The notes beneath the pieces are model-generated. The model made no database searches, was not told the DNA's origin, and saw nothing but the letters and a program-made list of their open reading frames with translations. From an uncultured bacterium (GTDB lineage Bacteria > Omnitrophota > Omnitrophia > Omnitrophales > Abzuiibacteriaceae): a stretch of DNA of 64,000 bases. Location of the stretch: contig CAYLXA010000007.1 of the NCBI GenBank assembly GCA_964387845.1, positions 32,001 through 96,000 on the forward strand, read 5' to 3'. Below, in pieces: positions 55,329-64,000 of the stretch. The position numbers and the translations under genes are program-made. The first letter of the stretch is position 1; the number at the start of each line of letters is the position of its first letter.

Positions 55329-56297
55329 TTAGGATTTCTGGCTTTCTAATATTTGAACTGCTTTCTTCATAAGCTTCCCGACGCCATCACCCGTTCGGGC
55401 CGAAATTTCAAACACAGGATCTTTTAATTTTATTTTTTTCTTCAAAAGTTTCTTGGCATCCGGCAAATCGCATTTATTGATAACAACCAGCCTCGAAATT
55501 TTTAAGAACTGGTGGTCAAATTGTTCGATTTGCTTGAGCAAAATATCATAACCTGCTTTAATGCCGTCCGCAAAAGAATTTGCGGGATCGATGATCAGAA
55601 AAATCAGTTTGGCACGCTTCAAATGCTTCAAAAATACGGTTCCAAGGCCGCGGCCGTCGGAGGAGCGGCCGTAAAGAGCCGGCAGCTCACAAATCCTCAG
55701 GCTTGCGGAGCCGTCATGATAAGTGCCGAGAAGCGGCGTGTTGGTCGCAAACGGATATTCGGTCGGCTCGATATGAGCGCCTGTCAAACGCCTGAGGAGC
55801 TCCGTTTTGCCGCTGTTCGGAAGCCCGATAAGAAAAATATCGGCAATAATTGAAAATGACAAAGTCAGTTCCAGCCGAACGCCATCTTCGGCTTGGGTCG
55901 ACGGGCGCCTGGCATGATTACCGTAACCACCGCGGCCGCCTCTTGCGACAATCACTTCATCGCCGCTTTCCACCAGATCCCGCAGCAAGAGATTATGATG
56001 CTGATCGTATACCGTGGTCCCGCAAGGAACATGAATTACGTAAGGCTTGGCGTTCTTCCCATAGCGGTTGTTTCCGGATCCCGCGCCGCCTGATTCCGCC
56101 TCAAAAATCCGCTTGGCCTTCAGCGACACAAGACTGCGCGTTTCCGAATCGGCGCGCAAAATCACATCACCGCCCCGGCCGCCGTCACCGCCGTCGGGGA
56201 CAAACTTTCGGTCCGTACGGCCCTGGTAACTTTCGCAGCCCCGGCCGCCGCGCCCCGATTGAACGGTAATACTGATTTCATCTAAAAAATGTTTCAT
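55329..56297 (-). CDS. obg: GTPase Obg
   Basis: The start is probably MKHFLDE. Gly-rich Obg fold (GGRGGRG, GGDGGRGGDV) and G-domain (GLPNSGKT, NKCD). Directly downstream of rpmA. Confidence 0.9.
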   Translation of the reverse strand: MKHFLDEISITVQSGRGGRGCESYQGRTDRKFVPDGGDGGRGGDVILRADSETRSLVSLKAKRIFEAESGGAGSGNNRYGKNAKPYVIHVPCGTTVYDQHHNLLLRDLVESGDEVIVARGGRGGYGNHARRPSTQAEDGVRLELTLSFSIIADIFLIGLPNSGKTELLRRLTGAHIEPTEYPFATNTPLLGTYHDGSASLRICELPALYGRSSDGRGLGTVFLKHLKRAKLIFLIIDPANSFADGIKAGYDILLKQIEQFDHQFLKISRLVVINKCDLPDAKKLLKKKIKLKDPVFEISARTGDGVGKLMKKAVQILESQKS

Positions 56298-56371
56298 GGC
56301 TCTAAAAAGAAAAAAGCTAAGCAAGATTCTAAATTCACGATTCCTGCTTAGCTTTTACGTTAATTGAAAAC

Positions 56372-56614
56372 TTAATTGGGAATGACGTCAACCAGCCGGT
56401 TTTCTCTGAAATGTACCACGCCGCTACGCATCGCGAAAAGAGAATCGTCTTTCGCACGTTTCACAAAGCGCCCCGGGCGAAACCGTGTTCCGCGCTGACG
56501 GATAATAATGCCGCCCTCACGAACCAGCTGCCCGCCGTACACTTTCACGCCCAGAAACTGCGGACATGAGTCGCGGCCGTTTGTACTACTTCCCTGACTT
56601 TTTGTATGTGCCAT
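56372..56614 (-). CDS. rpmA: 50S ribosomal protein L27
   Basis: It starts at MAHTKSQGSSTNGRDS... The track ORF has a spurious 47-aa upstream extension. Confidence 0.85.
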   Translation of the reverse strand: MAHTKSQGSSTNGRDSCPQFLGVKVYGGQLVREGGIIIRQRGTRFRPGRFVKRAKDDSLFAMRSGVVHFRENRLVDVIPN

Positions 56615-56619
56615 ATCGT

Positions 56620-56940
56620 TTAACCTTGAATTGCCTTCACTTGAAGCCGTGTCAATGTCTGCCGATGACCCTTTTTGCGGCGCGAATTTTTCCGGCGGCG
56701 ATACTTGAAACTGATCACTTTCGGCTGGCGCTCTTCTGCTTCCAAAACCTGACAAAGCACCTTGGCGCCGTTCACATAAGGCGTCCCGAAACTAGCCTTG
56801 TCACTCGATTTGATCATCAAAACATGATCCAGCGACACTTCACCGTCTTTAATCGCTTGCGGTTTTTCGACCAGGATAACGTCATCCTGCTTCACCAAAT
56901 ATTGTTTATTGCCTGTTTCGACCACTGCAAAGGTTGACAT
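56620..56940 (-). CDS. rplU: 50S ribosomal protein L21
   Basis: 106 aa. MSTFAVVETGNKQYLVKQDDVI... is the classic L21 start. Confidence 0.88.
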   Translation of the reverse strand: MSTFAVVETGNKQYLVKQDDVILVEKPQAIKDGEVSLDHVLMIKSSDKASFGTPYVNGAKVLCQVLEAEERQPKVISFKYRRRKNSRRKKGHRQTLTRLQVKAIQG

Positions 56941-57057
56941 CTGAATCCCCTGAACTTTCGTAAGTGATTTATATACAATAGGTTACGTATAGACGCAACC
57001 CGATATTTCAAAAGCGAACCCAAATTGTATTCGAGAAGCTCTCATCTGTCAACTGAT

Positions 57058-57870
57058 TTAATTCTTTAACTTCAGATGGGACATGACGGGAAACTCACGG
57101 CGGAGGCGCTGGACGCGGGCCGTATCAATTTCGGCAACTACAACCTCGGGCTTCCCCTCAGACCCCTCAGCCAATACCTTTCCCCAGGGATCAACCACGA
57201 GGCTATGGCCGTAACTTTTAACACGCGTGGAAGGATTTCTGCCGACTTGGGCGGGAGCCACGATAAACATTTGATTTTCAATCGCTCGCGAGCGCAGCAG
57301 CACATGCCAATGCACCCTGCCGGTTTCGTGGACAAAATTGGCCGGCACAAAAACAACCTCAGCGCCTCCCAACGCAAGCTTCCTGAAAAGTTCGGGAAAC
57401 CGGAGATCATAACAGATCGAAAAACCAAACCGGATACCGAACAACGACGCGGATTCTACGGAAGAACCGGAATCAATTTTCTCAGATTCCCGGAAGTTCA
57501 AACGGCCGGGCGTTTTCACATCAAACAAGTGAATCTTCCGGTATTTGGCAATGATGTGGCCCTTATCCGAAATCAAAAGTGAGGCGGAAAAATAACGGCC
57601 CGGCTTTTTTGACTTCTCCAGAATGCTGCCCAATAAAATCGGAACGCGGCTCATGCAGGCCATGTGCTGGAATTTATGGATAACATGTTCGGTTTTTTCA
57701 GCGATGTCCCGGTAGCTCGAGGATTTTCCGCGGTGGAGAAACGTTTCCGGATACGCAATCATTTGCGCGCCTTTGTGAACGGCCAAGTGCGCCATTTTGA
57801 ATGACTGCTTTAAATTTTGATTGAAATCACTGCCCGCCCCTATTTGGATGCAGGCGATTTTAATTTTCAT
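57058..57870 (-). CDS. carbon-nitrogen hydrolase family protein (nitrilase/amidase-like)
   Basis: 270 aa. Glu (YPETF), Lys and Cys (ICYD) catalytic triad positions. Confidence 0.75.
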   Translation of the reverse strand: MKIKIACIQIGAGSDFNQNLKQSFKMAHLAVHKGAQMIAYPETFLHRGKSSSYRDIAEKTEHVIHKFQHMACMSRVPILLGSILEKSKKPGRYFSASLLISDKGHIIAKYRKIHLFDVKTPGRLNFRESEKIDSGSSVESASLFGIRFGFSICYDLRFPELFRKLALGGAEVVFVPANFVHETGRVHWHVLLRSRAIENQMFIVAPAQVGRNPSTRVKSYGHSLVVDPWGKVLAEGSEGKPEVVVAEIDTARVQRLRREFPVMSHLKLKN

Positions 57871-58699
57871 TTTCTTTTTTCTCTAGAAATTGGGTGTCAT
57901 TAAGGCGCTCGTCCTTCTTTAGATACGACACTTTGTATTTAGACTGAACTATCCAATCCTGGATTTTCGGGTCTTTGAGATGAATTTTGACAAAATTAAG
58001 GACCGCAAATTCTTCCGCAGAAAACTTGCCCACACCTTCTGAACGCCCATACCCCAAGAGAAAATCACCCGCAAATTCCTTCAAAAGCGGCGAAAGACGA
58101 AGCTTCTTTTTTCCTTCGACCAGCTTGTTATAACGCACATGCGTCAGGAAAAAATTCATCTGATCCGAAAACTGCTCGGCAAGGCGGCTGCCTTCATATG
58201 CTTCGCTCCGAAGCGGCGGAGAACTCATCTCGCCGGCTGACAAAGCCAGGAGCGCGCGCTCGTCCCGGAAAGTGTTACGCAAAATTTCATCCCGGATTTC
58301 CTTGAAGTTATAAACCAGACCCGAAACAACAGGTCTCTTCTCTTCCCAGAAATTTTCAATTTGGCTGACGGAATCAACCGGATAATGACGCAGGACTTCT
58401 TGAATCACCAGCGCATTGAACGCATTCACCCAAAGCGCGATCCTGCCTTCCCGTGTTTCTTCGGCAAGCATGGCAAGCGGATATTCCGACAAACTTTTCA
58501 GATACTGATCGAGCTTGTCCGAATCATTCTGGAATGAAGCGTAGTCAACCAGGCCGTCTTCTGTGTGGGTTTTTAATAATTCATCCCAGACTTGATGATC
58601 AAATGCGCGGCCAGATGCTGGAAGTAGGATAAAAACGGTGAGAAAAATGAGAGAAATTCGGAGAAAAAAACAGCCGTGAAAATTAAAACGACATGCCAT
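57860..58699 (-). CDS. DUF547 domain protein, secreted
   Basis: 279 aa. Signal peptide. IALWVNAFNALVI and DERALLALSAGEMSSPPL blocks are typical of DUF547. Confidence 0.55.
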   Translation of the reverse strand: MACRFNFHGCFFLRISLIFLTVFILLPASGRAFDHQVWDELLKTHTEDGLVDYASFQNDSDKLDQYLKSLSEYPLAMLAEETREGRIALWVNAFNALVIQEVLRHYPVDSVSQIENFWEEKRPVVSGLVYNFKEIRDEILRNTFRDERALLALSAGEMSSPPLRSEAYEGSRLAEQFSDQMNFFLTHVRYNKLVEGKKKLRLSPLLKEFAGDFLLGYGRSEGVGKFSAEEFAVLNFVKIHLKDPKIQDWIVQSKYKVSYLKKDERLNDTQFLEKKENEN

Positions 58700-59015
58700 G
58701 ACGTTTCAGGAATTCAACGTCACTTTTGGTCCACTTGAAATCCGAAAAGAAATCGCCCTCTTCTCCGTTTGTTTCGTGAGAATCGGCGATATCTCCGTAC
58801 AAATCTTCAAACTCTTCCATCTCTTCGGGCGTTACGGGTATAAAATTGAAGAAGCAAAAATTGACGGTCATTTTGTCACCCGGCTTGCCTTCGAACAAAT
58901 TCATGAATTGAGACTCTGCATTCGGCGAATGTTTCATGATGCTCTTGAGAAGTTCAAGCAGTTGGGTCATTTTCTTTTCAAATTCATCACGCTGTAAAAA
59001 ATCATCGTATCTCAT
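58683..59015 (-). CDS. small acidic hypothetical protein
   Basis: 110 aa, Glu/Asp/Phe-rich. No family recognised. 17-nt overlap with the DUF547 gene. Confidence 0.3.
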   Translation of the reverse strand: MRYDDFLQRDEFEKKMTQLLELLKSIMKHSPNAESQFMNLFEGKPGDKMTVNFCFFNFIPVTPEEMEEFEDLYGDIADSHETNGEEGDFFSDFKWTKSDVEFLKRHGMSF

Positions 59016-59018
59016 GAA

Positions 59019-59942
59019 TTATTTGGCCTCCACATAGGCCTGCGCGGCCAATGCTGCTTCACAACCCTCGCCGCATGCCGAAACGAGCTGCTTAACGGCG
59101 CCCGCGCGCACCTCCCCGCAGGCAAAAACACCGGGAACCGATGTTTCCAGGCCGTTCTTTGTCACCACATAACCAAGCTTATCGAGCTCTACAAACCCTT
59201 GTAAAAATTTAGTCGCGGGATCCTGGCCGATAAAAACAAACAAGCCGTCGGTTTTAAAATCCTGAGCCTGATTGGTTTTTAAATTCTTGATTTGGACACC
59301 GTCGACTTTGCCGGAGCCGTTCACTTTTTCAACCACGCTGTCCCAAATAAATTTAATTTTCGGATTTTGTTTCGCGCGGTCCTGCAGGATGGCGCTTGCA
59401 CGCAAACTATCGCGCCGATGAACAACGGTTAACTTGTTGACAAAACGTGTGAGGAACAAACCTTCCTGCATCGCCGAATCGCCGCCGCCAACCACCACGA
59501 TTTCTTTATTTTTGAAAAATGCGCCGTCACAGACCGCACAATAGGAAACGCCTTTGCCGATCAATTCTTTTTCGCCCGGCACGCCGATTTGGCGGTAAAA
59601 AGCACCCGTCGCAATAATGATGGCTCCGGCTTCAATGGTTGCCTTAGATGTTTGAACTTTAAATCCGCTGCCGTTCTTTGAAATGGATTTGGCTTCGTCA
59701 TACTGGACCACGGCACCGTAACGCTTGGCCTGCTCTTCCATCTTCATGGAAATCTCGCCGCCCGTGACACCTTCCGGAAAACCCGGATAATTTTCAACGA
59801 TATCGGTGAGCGCGATTTGACCGCCCGGCGTGAGTTTTTCAAGAACGATGGTGGAAAGATTGGCGCGCGAGGCATAAAGCGCAGCCGTGAGGCCTGCTCC
59901 GCCGGCACCAATGATGAGGATATCGCAACGGTTGTTGGACAT
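59019..59942 (-). CDS. trxB: thioredoxin-disulfide reductase
   Basis: 307 aa. FAD motif ILIIGAGGAG and redox CAVCDG. Confidence 0.88.
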   Translation of the reverse strand: MSNNRCDILIIGAGGAGLTAALYASRANLSTIVLEKLTPGGQIALTDIVENYPGFPEGVTGGEISMKMEEQAKRYGAVVQYDEAKSISKNGSGFKVQTSKATIEAGAIIIATGAFYRQIGVPGEKELIGKGVSYCAVCDGAFFKNKEIVVVGGGDSAMQEGLFLTRFVNKLTVVHRRDSLRASAILQDRAKQNPKIKFIWDSVVEKVNGSGKVDGVQIKNLKTNQAQDFKTDGLFVFIGQDPATKFLQGFVELDKLGYVVTKNGLETSVPGVFACGEVRAGAVKQLVSACGEGCEAALAAQAYVEAK

Positions 59943-60002
59943 GGAGTAATCTGCGTCAGTTACAAAACGTGGATATGCTGATTTTCTAAAAAACGCTAAG
60001 TC

Positions 60003-60860
60003 TTATTCAAACTCAGCAACGAGCTCACGCTGTTCTTCCGGTTTCAAACCAAGCTTATGTTTGTAAACAGGAATTTCGAGCGTTTCTCTTTCGGATTCTT
60101 CATACTGCGGCCGTACTTCTTTATAGAAAATACCGGTCGCGATATACTCGGTTTCCTGAGCTTCACGAAAAGCCGCCACCAAATCACTGGTGTTATGGCC
60201 TTTTTCGTTGATGTCTTTGCATCTTTCTTTGTAGAACTGAGCCGTGTTGATTTCGTTAAATGTCACGCATGGGCTAAACGTATCAACCAATGCAAAACCG
60301 GGATGATCGATTGCAGCCTTAATGATATCGGAAAGCTGCTTTTGATTTCCGGTAAAGGCGCGCGCCACAAAGCCACAGCCCGAAGCAAGCGCCAAAGCGA
60401 TTGGATTAATCGGAAGCTCCGCGTTTCCGAATGGCGTTGACTTGGTTTTCATACTGATGCCGCTCGTGGGAGATGTCTGCCCCGTGGTTAAACCATAAAT
60501 CGAATTGTTCATGACGATATAAGTCATGTCAACGTTGCGGCGCATCGCGTGGATCAAGTGGCCGACGCCAATACCATAACCATCGCCGTCACCACCCACC
60601 GCCACCACTTTCATTTCGTGATTGCAAAGCTTAAAGCCCTGCGCAATCGGAAGCGAGCGGCCGTGCAAAGTGTGCATGCCGTAAGTATTGATAAAGCCGG
60701 GCAAATTGGAAGAACAGCCGATGCCGGAGACCGTCATCATATGATGCGGCTCAATTCCCATGCCGACATAGGTTTTCTTCATCGCTGCCAACAAGCCGAA
60801 ATCGCCGCAGCCTGGGCACCAATCTGGATGTACGCTGTCAAAATCTTTCATCGTTGCCAT
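60003..60860 (-). CDS. 2-oxoacid:ferredoxin oxidoreductase beta subunit (TPP-binding, KorB/OorB-like)
   Basis: 285 aa. WCPGCGDFG and TPP-binding GDG...N motif. Confidence 0.85.
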   Translation of the reverse strand: MATMKDFDSVHPDWCPGCGDFGLLAAMKKTYVGMGIEPHHMMTVSGIGCSSNLPGFINTYGMHTLHGRSLPIAQGFKLCNHEMKVVAVGGDGDGYGIGVGHLIHAMRRNVDMTYIVMNNSIYGLTTGQTSPTSGISMKTKSTPFGNAELPINPIALALASGCGFVARAFTGNQKQLSDIIKAAIDHPGFALVDTFSPCVTFNEINTAQFYKERCKDINEKGHNTSDLVAAFREAQETEYIATGIFYKEVRPQYEESERETLEIPVYKHKLGLKPEEQRELVAEFE

Positions 60861-60893
60861 TGGTTTGTTCCTCTCTTGAAGTCAAAAATTAAA

Positions 60894-62657
60894 TTATGCG
60901 AGAATCAATTCGTTTTTTTTTAATCTTTCGACAATGTCTTCGCCCGTAAACGGTTCACCGTCGTAGCGCGTGACTTGCCGCTTAATCTGGAATCCGGTTT
61001 CTGCCAAAATCAAACGCGACATTTGGCAGGAATAATTATTTTCAACGGCAATGACTTCATTGCAGCCGTTTAAAATATCCAATGTAGCCTGCACCGGCAG
61101 CGGATAAAGATCGGTAAAATGTAAATGATTGACTGACAACCCATCTTTATTGAGAAGCTTGACGGCTTCTTCAATAGCATCATAGGTGGAACCCCAGCCC
61201 ATCAAAGTCAATTTCGCATCTTTGGGGCCTGTCAAAACCGGCGGTTTCATATCATGCTCGCGCATGCCATCGAGCTTGCGCATCCGCTTTTCGTGCATTT
61301 TGTTGCGGATATCCAGCGATGACGGAAGCCCAGCCAAAACGTCGCTGATCACTTCACCGCGCTCATCGTGCTCGTCGCTGGCGGACACATACATACCCTT
61401 TTCCACACCCGGAAGTAGTCGGGGCGAAATGCCGTCATCGGTAATTAAGAAGCGCTTGTAAACATCGCCGCTAAATTTGTCGACGAGTTTGCCGCGTTCA
61501 ATTGCCATGTTGAATTTAAATTCGGTAACGGTCTGGAAATGTTCTGAGAGATATAAATCAGAGAGGATTAAAACCGGCGTCTGATATTTCTCCGCCAAGT
61601 TAAGCGCGCGGCCCGCGGTGTAAAACGCATCCTCCGTATCTTTCGGTGCGAGAATGATTTTCGGCGCATCGCCTTGCGCAGCTCCGAGCAGCAAATTCAA
61701 ATCGGCCTGCTCTTGCTTCGTCGGAATACCGGTCGAAGGACTGCCGCGCTGCACATTAATCACCACAATCGGCTCTTCCAGCATCGTGGCCAAACCGACG
61801 CCTTCTACCATTAATGAAAAACCGCCTCCCGAAGTTGCGGTTGCCGTACGCACGCCTGCATGCGCAGCACCGATAATAAAATTCACGGCTGCGATTTCGT
61901 CTTCGGTTTGCTTAACGACAATTTTATATTTTTTTGCTTTTTTGGCGAGGTAGTGAAGAATTCCGGTGGAAGGCGACATCGGGTAAGCCGCGTAGAATTT
62001 GCAGCCATGCGCCAAAAGGCCAAGCCCGAACGCTTCGTTTCCGGTCATGAACATGCGGCGCTTGCCGTCGCCTTTTAATTTCAAATTAAGCGGCTTGGCG
62101 TTTTTCTTCGTCCAATCAGCACCGATTTGGAAAATCTTTTTGTTGATATCAATGACTTCCTTGCTCTTTTTCTTGAATCGGTCCGCAATAAAATCGATGC
62201 CGACGCTGGTTTCAAGGCCCAACAGTTGAATCGTGGCGCCCATCAACATCACGTTCGCCATAACAGCTTTAATATTGGGGTCGTTGGCAAGTTCTCTGAA
62301 ATTGAGGCCATAATAATGAATGTCGTCGCGTTCTTTGGTGAGGTCTTGCGTAATTTGGGAGGAATTATAAATCACTGCACCGCCTGGTTTCACTTGCGGT
62401 ACATGGAGCCCGATGCTCGAAGGATTGAGCAATACCAATACGTCCGGTGCTTCGCCATGCGAAAGGGTTTTTTCCGAACCTACGTTCAGCTGCAGCCATA
62501 CGAAACCGCCGCGAATAGCGGATTGATAAGCATTGTAAGCCATGACATGCAACCCCAAGCGGGAGCACGTTTTACCAAAAATTTCTCCGGTCGACGCAAT
62601 ACCATCACCGGCCGCTCCGGCAATTCTAACAATCACACTATTCTTAGTTTCTGACAT
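60894..62657 (-). CDS. 2-oxoacid:ferredoxin oxidoreductase alpha subunit (fused gamma-alpha, KorA-like)
   Basis: The start is probably MSETKNSVIVRIAGAAGDGI. The track ORF adds 36 aa. Pyruvate/2-oxoglutarate:ferredoxin oxidoreductase domains I/II/III. Confidence 0.85.
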   Translation of the reverse strand: MSETKNSVIVRIAGAAGDGIASTGEIFGKTCSRLGLHVMAYNAYQSAIRGGFVWLQLNVGSEKTLSHGEAPDVLVLLNPSSIGLHVPQVKPGGAVIYNSSQITQDLTKERDDIHYYGLNFRELANDPNIKAVMANVMLMGATIQLLGLETSVGIDFIADRFKKKSKEVIDINKKIFQIGADWTKKNAKPLNLKLKGDGKRRMFMTGNEAFGLGLLAHGCKFYAAYPMSPSTGILHYLAKKAKKYKIVVKQTEDEIAAVNFIIGAAHAGVRTATATSGGGFSLMVEGVGLATMLEEPIVVINVQRGSPSTGIPTKQEQADLNLLLGAAQGDAPKIILAPKDTEDAFYTAGRALNLAEKYQTPVLILSDLYLSEHFQTVTEFKFNMAIERGKLVDKFSGDVYKRFLITDDGISPRLLPGVEKGMYVSASDEHDERGEVISDVLAGLPSSLDIRNKMHEKRMRKLDGMREHDMKPPVLTGPKDAKLTLMGWGSTYDAIEEAVKLLNKDGLSVNHLHFTDLYPLPVQATLDILNGCNEVIAVENNYSCQMSRLILAETGFQIKRQVTRYDGEPFTGEDIVERLKKNELILA

Positions 62658-62786
62658 CTGAATGTTCCCTTTCGTTAGCCCGATTTTAAGTGACAAGAAA
62701 TGATAATAATGACTGATTGCACAACGGAGCGAGATATTACCATAAAGCCGTTTAAATAACAACAAAAGTATTTATCTGTAATTTAC

Positions 62787-63212
62787 CTATATCTCGCTAA
62801 CACCAGCTTCATTTATCACATCTTCGTTCGCATATATCGGAATACCGGCCCGGAGCGCCACAGCGATACTATCGGAAGGCCGCGCATCAATTTCGACTTC
62901 TTCGTTTCCGCCTCCGGAACGCGCAATGATTAACTTCGCGTAAAACGTATTGTTCTCGAGTCTATCGATCAAAATGTTTTTGAGCTGCGCGCCCAGGCCT
63001 TCCACGATTTTACACAAAAGGTCATGCGTCAGCGGCCTTGGCGGCTCGACCCCGCTTAATTTCAATTTAATGGAATTAACCTCGGCGATACCGATAACAA
63101 CGGGAAGGAATCTGGAGCCTTCTTTTTCTTTCAGGATGATGATCTGTTCGCTTCGATTTTCATCAACCTTGATTTTACTTAAAACAAGCTCGATCGGCTT
63201 TCCATCGGTCAT
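62787..63212 (-). CDS. bifunctional nuclease family protein (DUF151/BFN domain)
   Basis: 141 aa. RFLPVVIGIAE...THDLL...AKLII collinear with the BFN domain. Confidence 0.6.
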   Translation of the reverse strand: MTDGKPIELVLSKIKVDENRSEQIIILKEKEGSRFLPVVIGIAEVNSIKLKLSGVEPPRPLTHDLLCKIVEGLGAQLKNILIDRLENNTFYAKLIIARSGGGNEEVEIDARPSDSIAVALRAGIPIYANEDVINEAGVSEI

Positions 63213-63994
63213 GGATGCTTCAAGCCGTTTTCACCGGGCTTCGAAATCTCAACGCCGCTGCGGCGGCTTGAAAAACGTTCCTGCGATTTTATTTTTTCTT
63301 TTTCCCTGAGCTTGAGCTGCTCCAGCAAATATTTATCGGCCTGACGGTCTTTCTGGATTTCTTTCTCGACTTGTTCGCGTTTGTTTAAAATTTCCCGGAC
63401 TTCGCCTTCTCGGTCTTTTAACTCACTGTTCAAAATTTCATGACGAACGCCAAGCTCCCTCAAGAGCGACTCTTTCTCAAGCAGCTGCGCAGCAAGCCGG
63501 TTCCGTTTTTCGATTAACTCTTGCTGTTCGGCGATGGCGGCATAATCGCGCAGCTGTTTTTGGGCAGCTTCATTTTGGGTTTGCAATTCCTGATTACGGG
63601 CCGTGAGAGTCTCAATGTCGGATGCGTGTTTGCGGCGGAGCTCTTCGAACTCACGCATCAATGCAGTATGAGAAACGGACCAATCTTCCGATTTCTGGCG
63701 CAAACCAGCGATTTCCTTGTCTTTGGCTTGAATCTTTTCGTCGTATGCTTTTTTGGCTGCTTCAAGCACCTGCTCCAATCCCGACACTTTTGACTTCAAA
63801 CTCTCAAGCGCTTGCTCGGTTTGGACTTTTTGATTCTGGATCGCGATAATTTCCGCTTCATGCGCCTTAGTATCCGTTGCCTTTTCAAGCGCCTGCTTGG
63901 TTTCTCGTAATTCGGCCAGTTGCTTTTCAACGGTTGATTTTAAATTCGAAAGCTGCTCTTCATATTCAAAGCGCTTTTCTTCGGATTTCTGCAA
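63209..63994 (-). CDS. long coiled-coil protein (hypothetical; N-terminus may extend beyond the listed start)
   Basis: More than 261 aa of Glu/Lys/Gln-rich heptads. 4-nt overlap with the BFN gene. Confidence 0.4.
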   Translation of the reverse strand: MQKSEEKRFEYEEQLSNLKSTVEKQLAELRETKQALEKATDTKAHEAEIIAIQNQKVQTEQALESLKSKVSGLEQVLEAAKKAYDEKIQAKDKEIAGLRQKSEDWSVSHTALMREFEELRRKHASDIETLTARNQELQTQNEAAQKQLRDYAAIAEQQELIEKRNRLAAQLLEKESLLRELGVRHEILNSELKDREGEVREILNKREQVEKEIQKDRQADKYLLEQLKLREKEKIKSQERFSSRRSGVEISKPGENGLKHP

Positions 63995-64000
63995 ATCAGC

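Noticed and set aside
56615-56755. 47-aa N-terminal extension of the rpmA ORF in the track
   Set aside because: L27 universally begins MAHKK/MAHTK. The extension overlaps the end of rplU and is simply the longest-ORF call.

Overview
This is a 64 kb chromosomal segment from an unidentified bacterium. Shine-Dalgarno motifs are in use, GC is moderate, and purL, purQ and purS are separate genes, so the organism is not an enterobacterial-type proteobacterium. A GTP-dependent PEP carboxykinase and a 2-oxoacid:ferredoxin oxidoreductase suggest an anaerobic or microaerophilic lifestyle. Almost all coding is on the minus strand.

Housekeeping blocks read from the ORF translations:
- A purine operon, purB-purC-purS-purQ-purL-purF, with purF running off the window start.
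- sodC directly abutting a tRNA-Glu, then a XerC/D-type recombinase and ligA.
- The start of the dcw cluster, mraZ-[STAS]-rsmH-ftsL-ftsI.
- rplU-rpmA-obg-proB-proA-nadD.
- trxB and the korA/korB-type 2-oxoacid:ferredoxin oxidoreductase.
- Divergent gshA-like and gshB genes next to a tRNA-Pro.

Accessory content worth a second look:
1. A ParA/Soj-type ATPase fused to an AMPK-beta/CBM48-type glycogen-binding domain, followed by two translationally coupled unknown genes and a COG1579 zinc-ribbon coiled-coil protein. This is a candidate storage-granule positioning system and the best novelty candidate here.
2. A phosphate/polyphosphate neighbourhood: SixA-like phosphatase, CYTH, LemA, CPXCG, Ppk1, Ppx/GppA, a ROK kinase with a poly-lysine N-terminus, a signal-peptide-less PBP-type binding protein and a small membrane protein.
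3. Two tandem, diverged paralogs of a large secreted DUF1080 - metallophosphoesterase - DUF1080 protein beside an AOX/PTOX-family di-iron protein. A 45-nt AOX gene remnant sits in the spacer between the paralogs.
4. A family of AT-rich palindromic elements with the core AAATTTCAAATATCAAAATCTAAA, found in at least three intergenic spacers.
5. A tRNA-Pro flanked by structured spacers.

No CRISPR array, transposase or IS element was seen.
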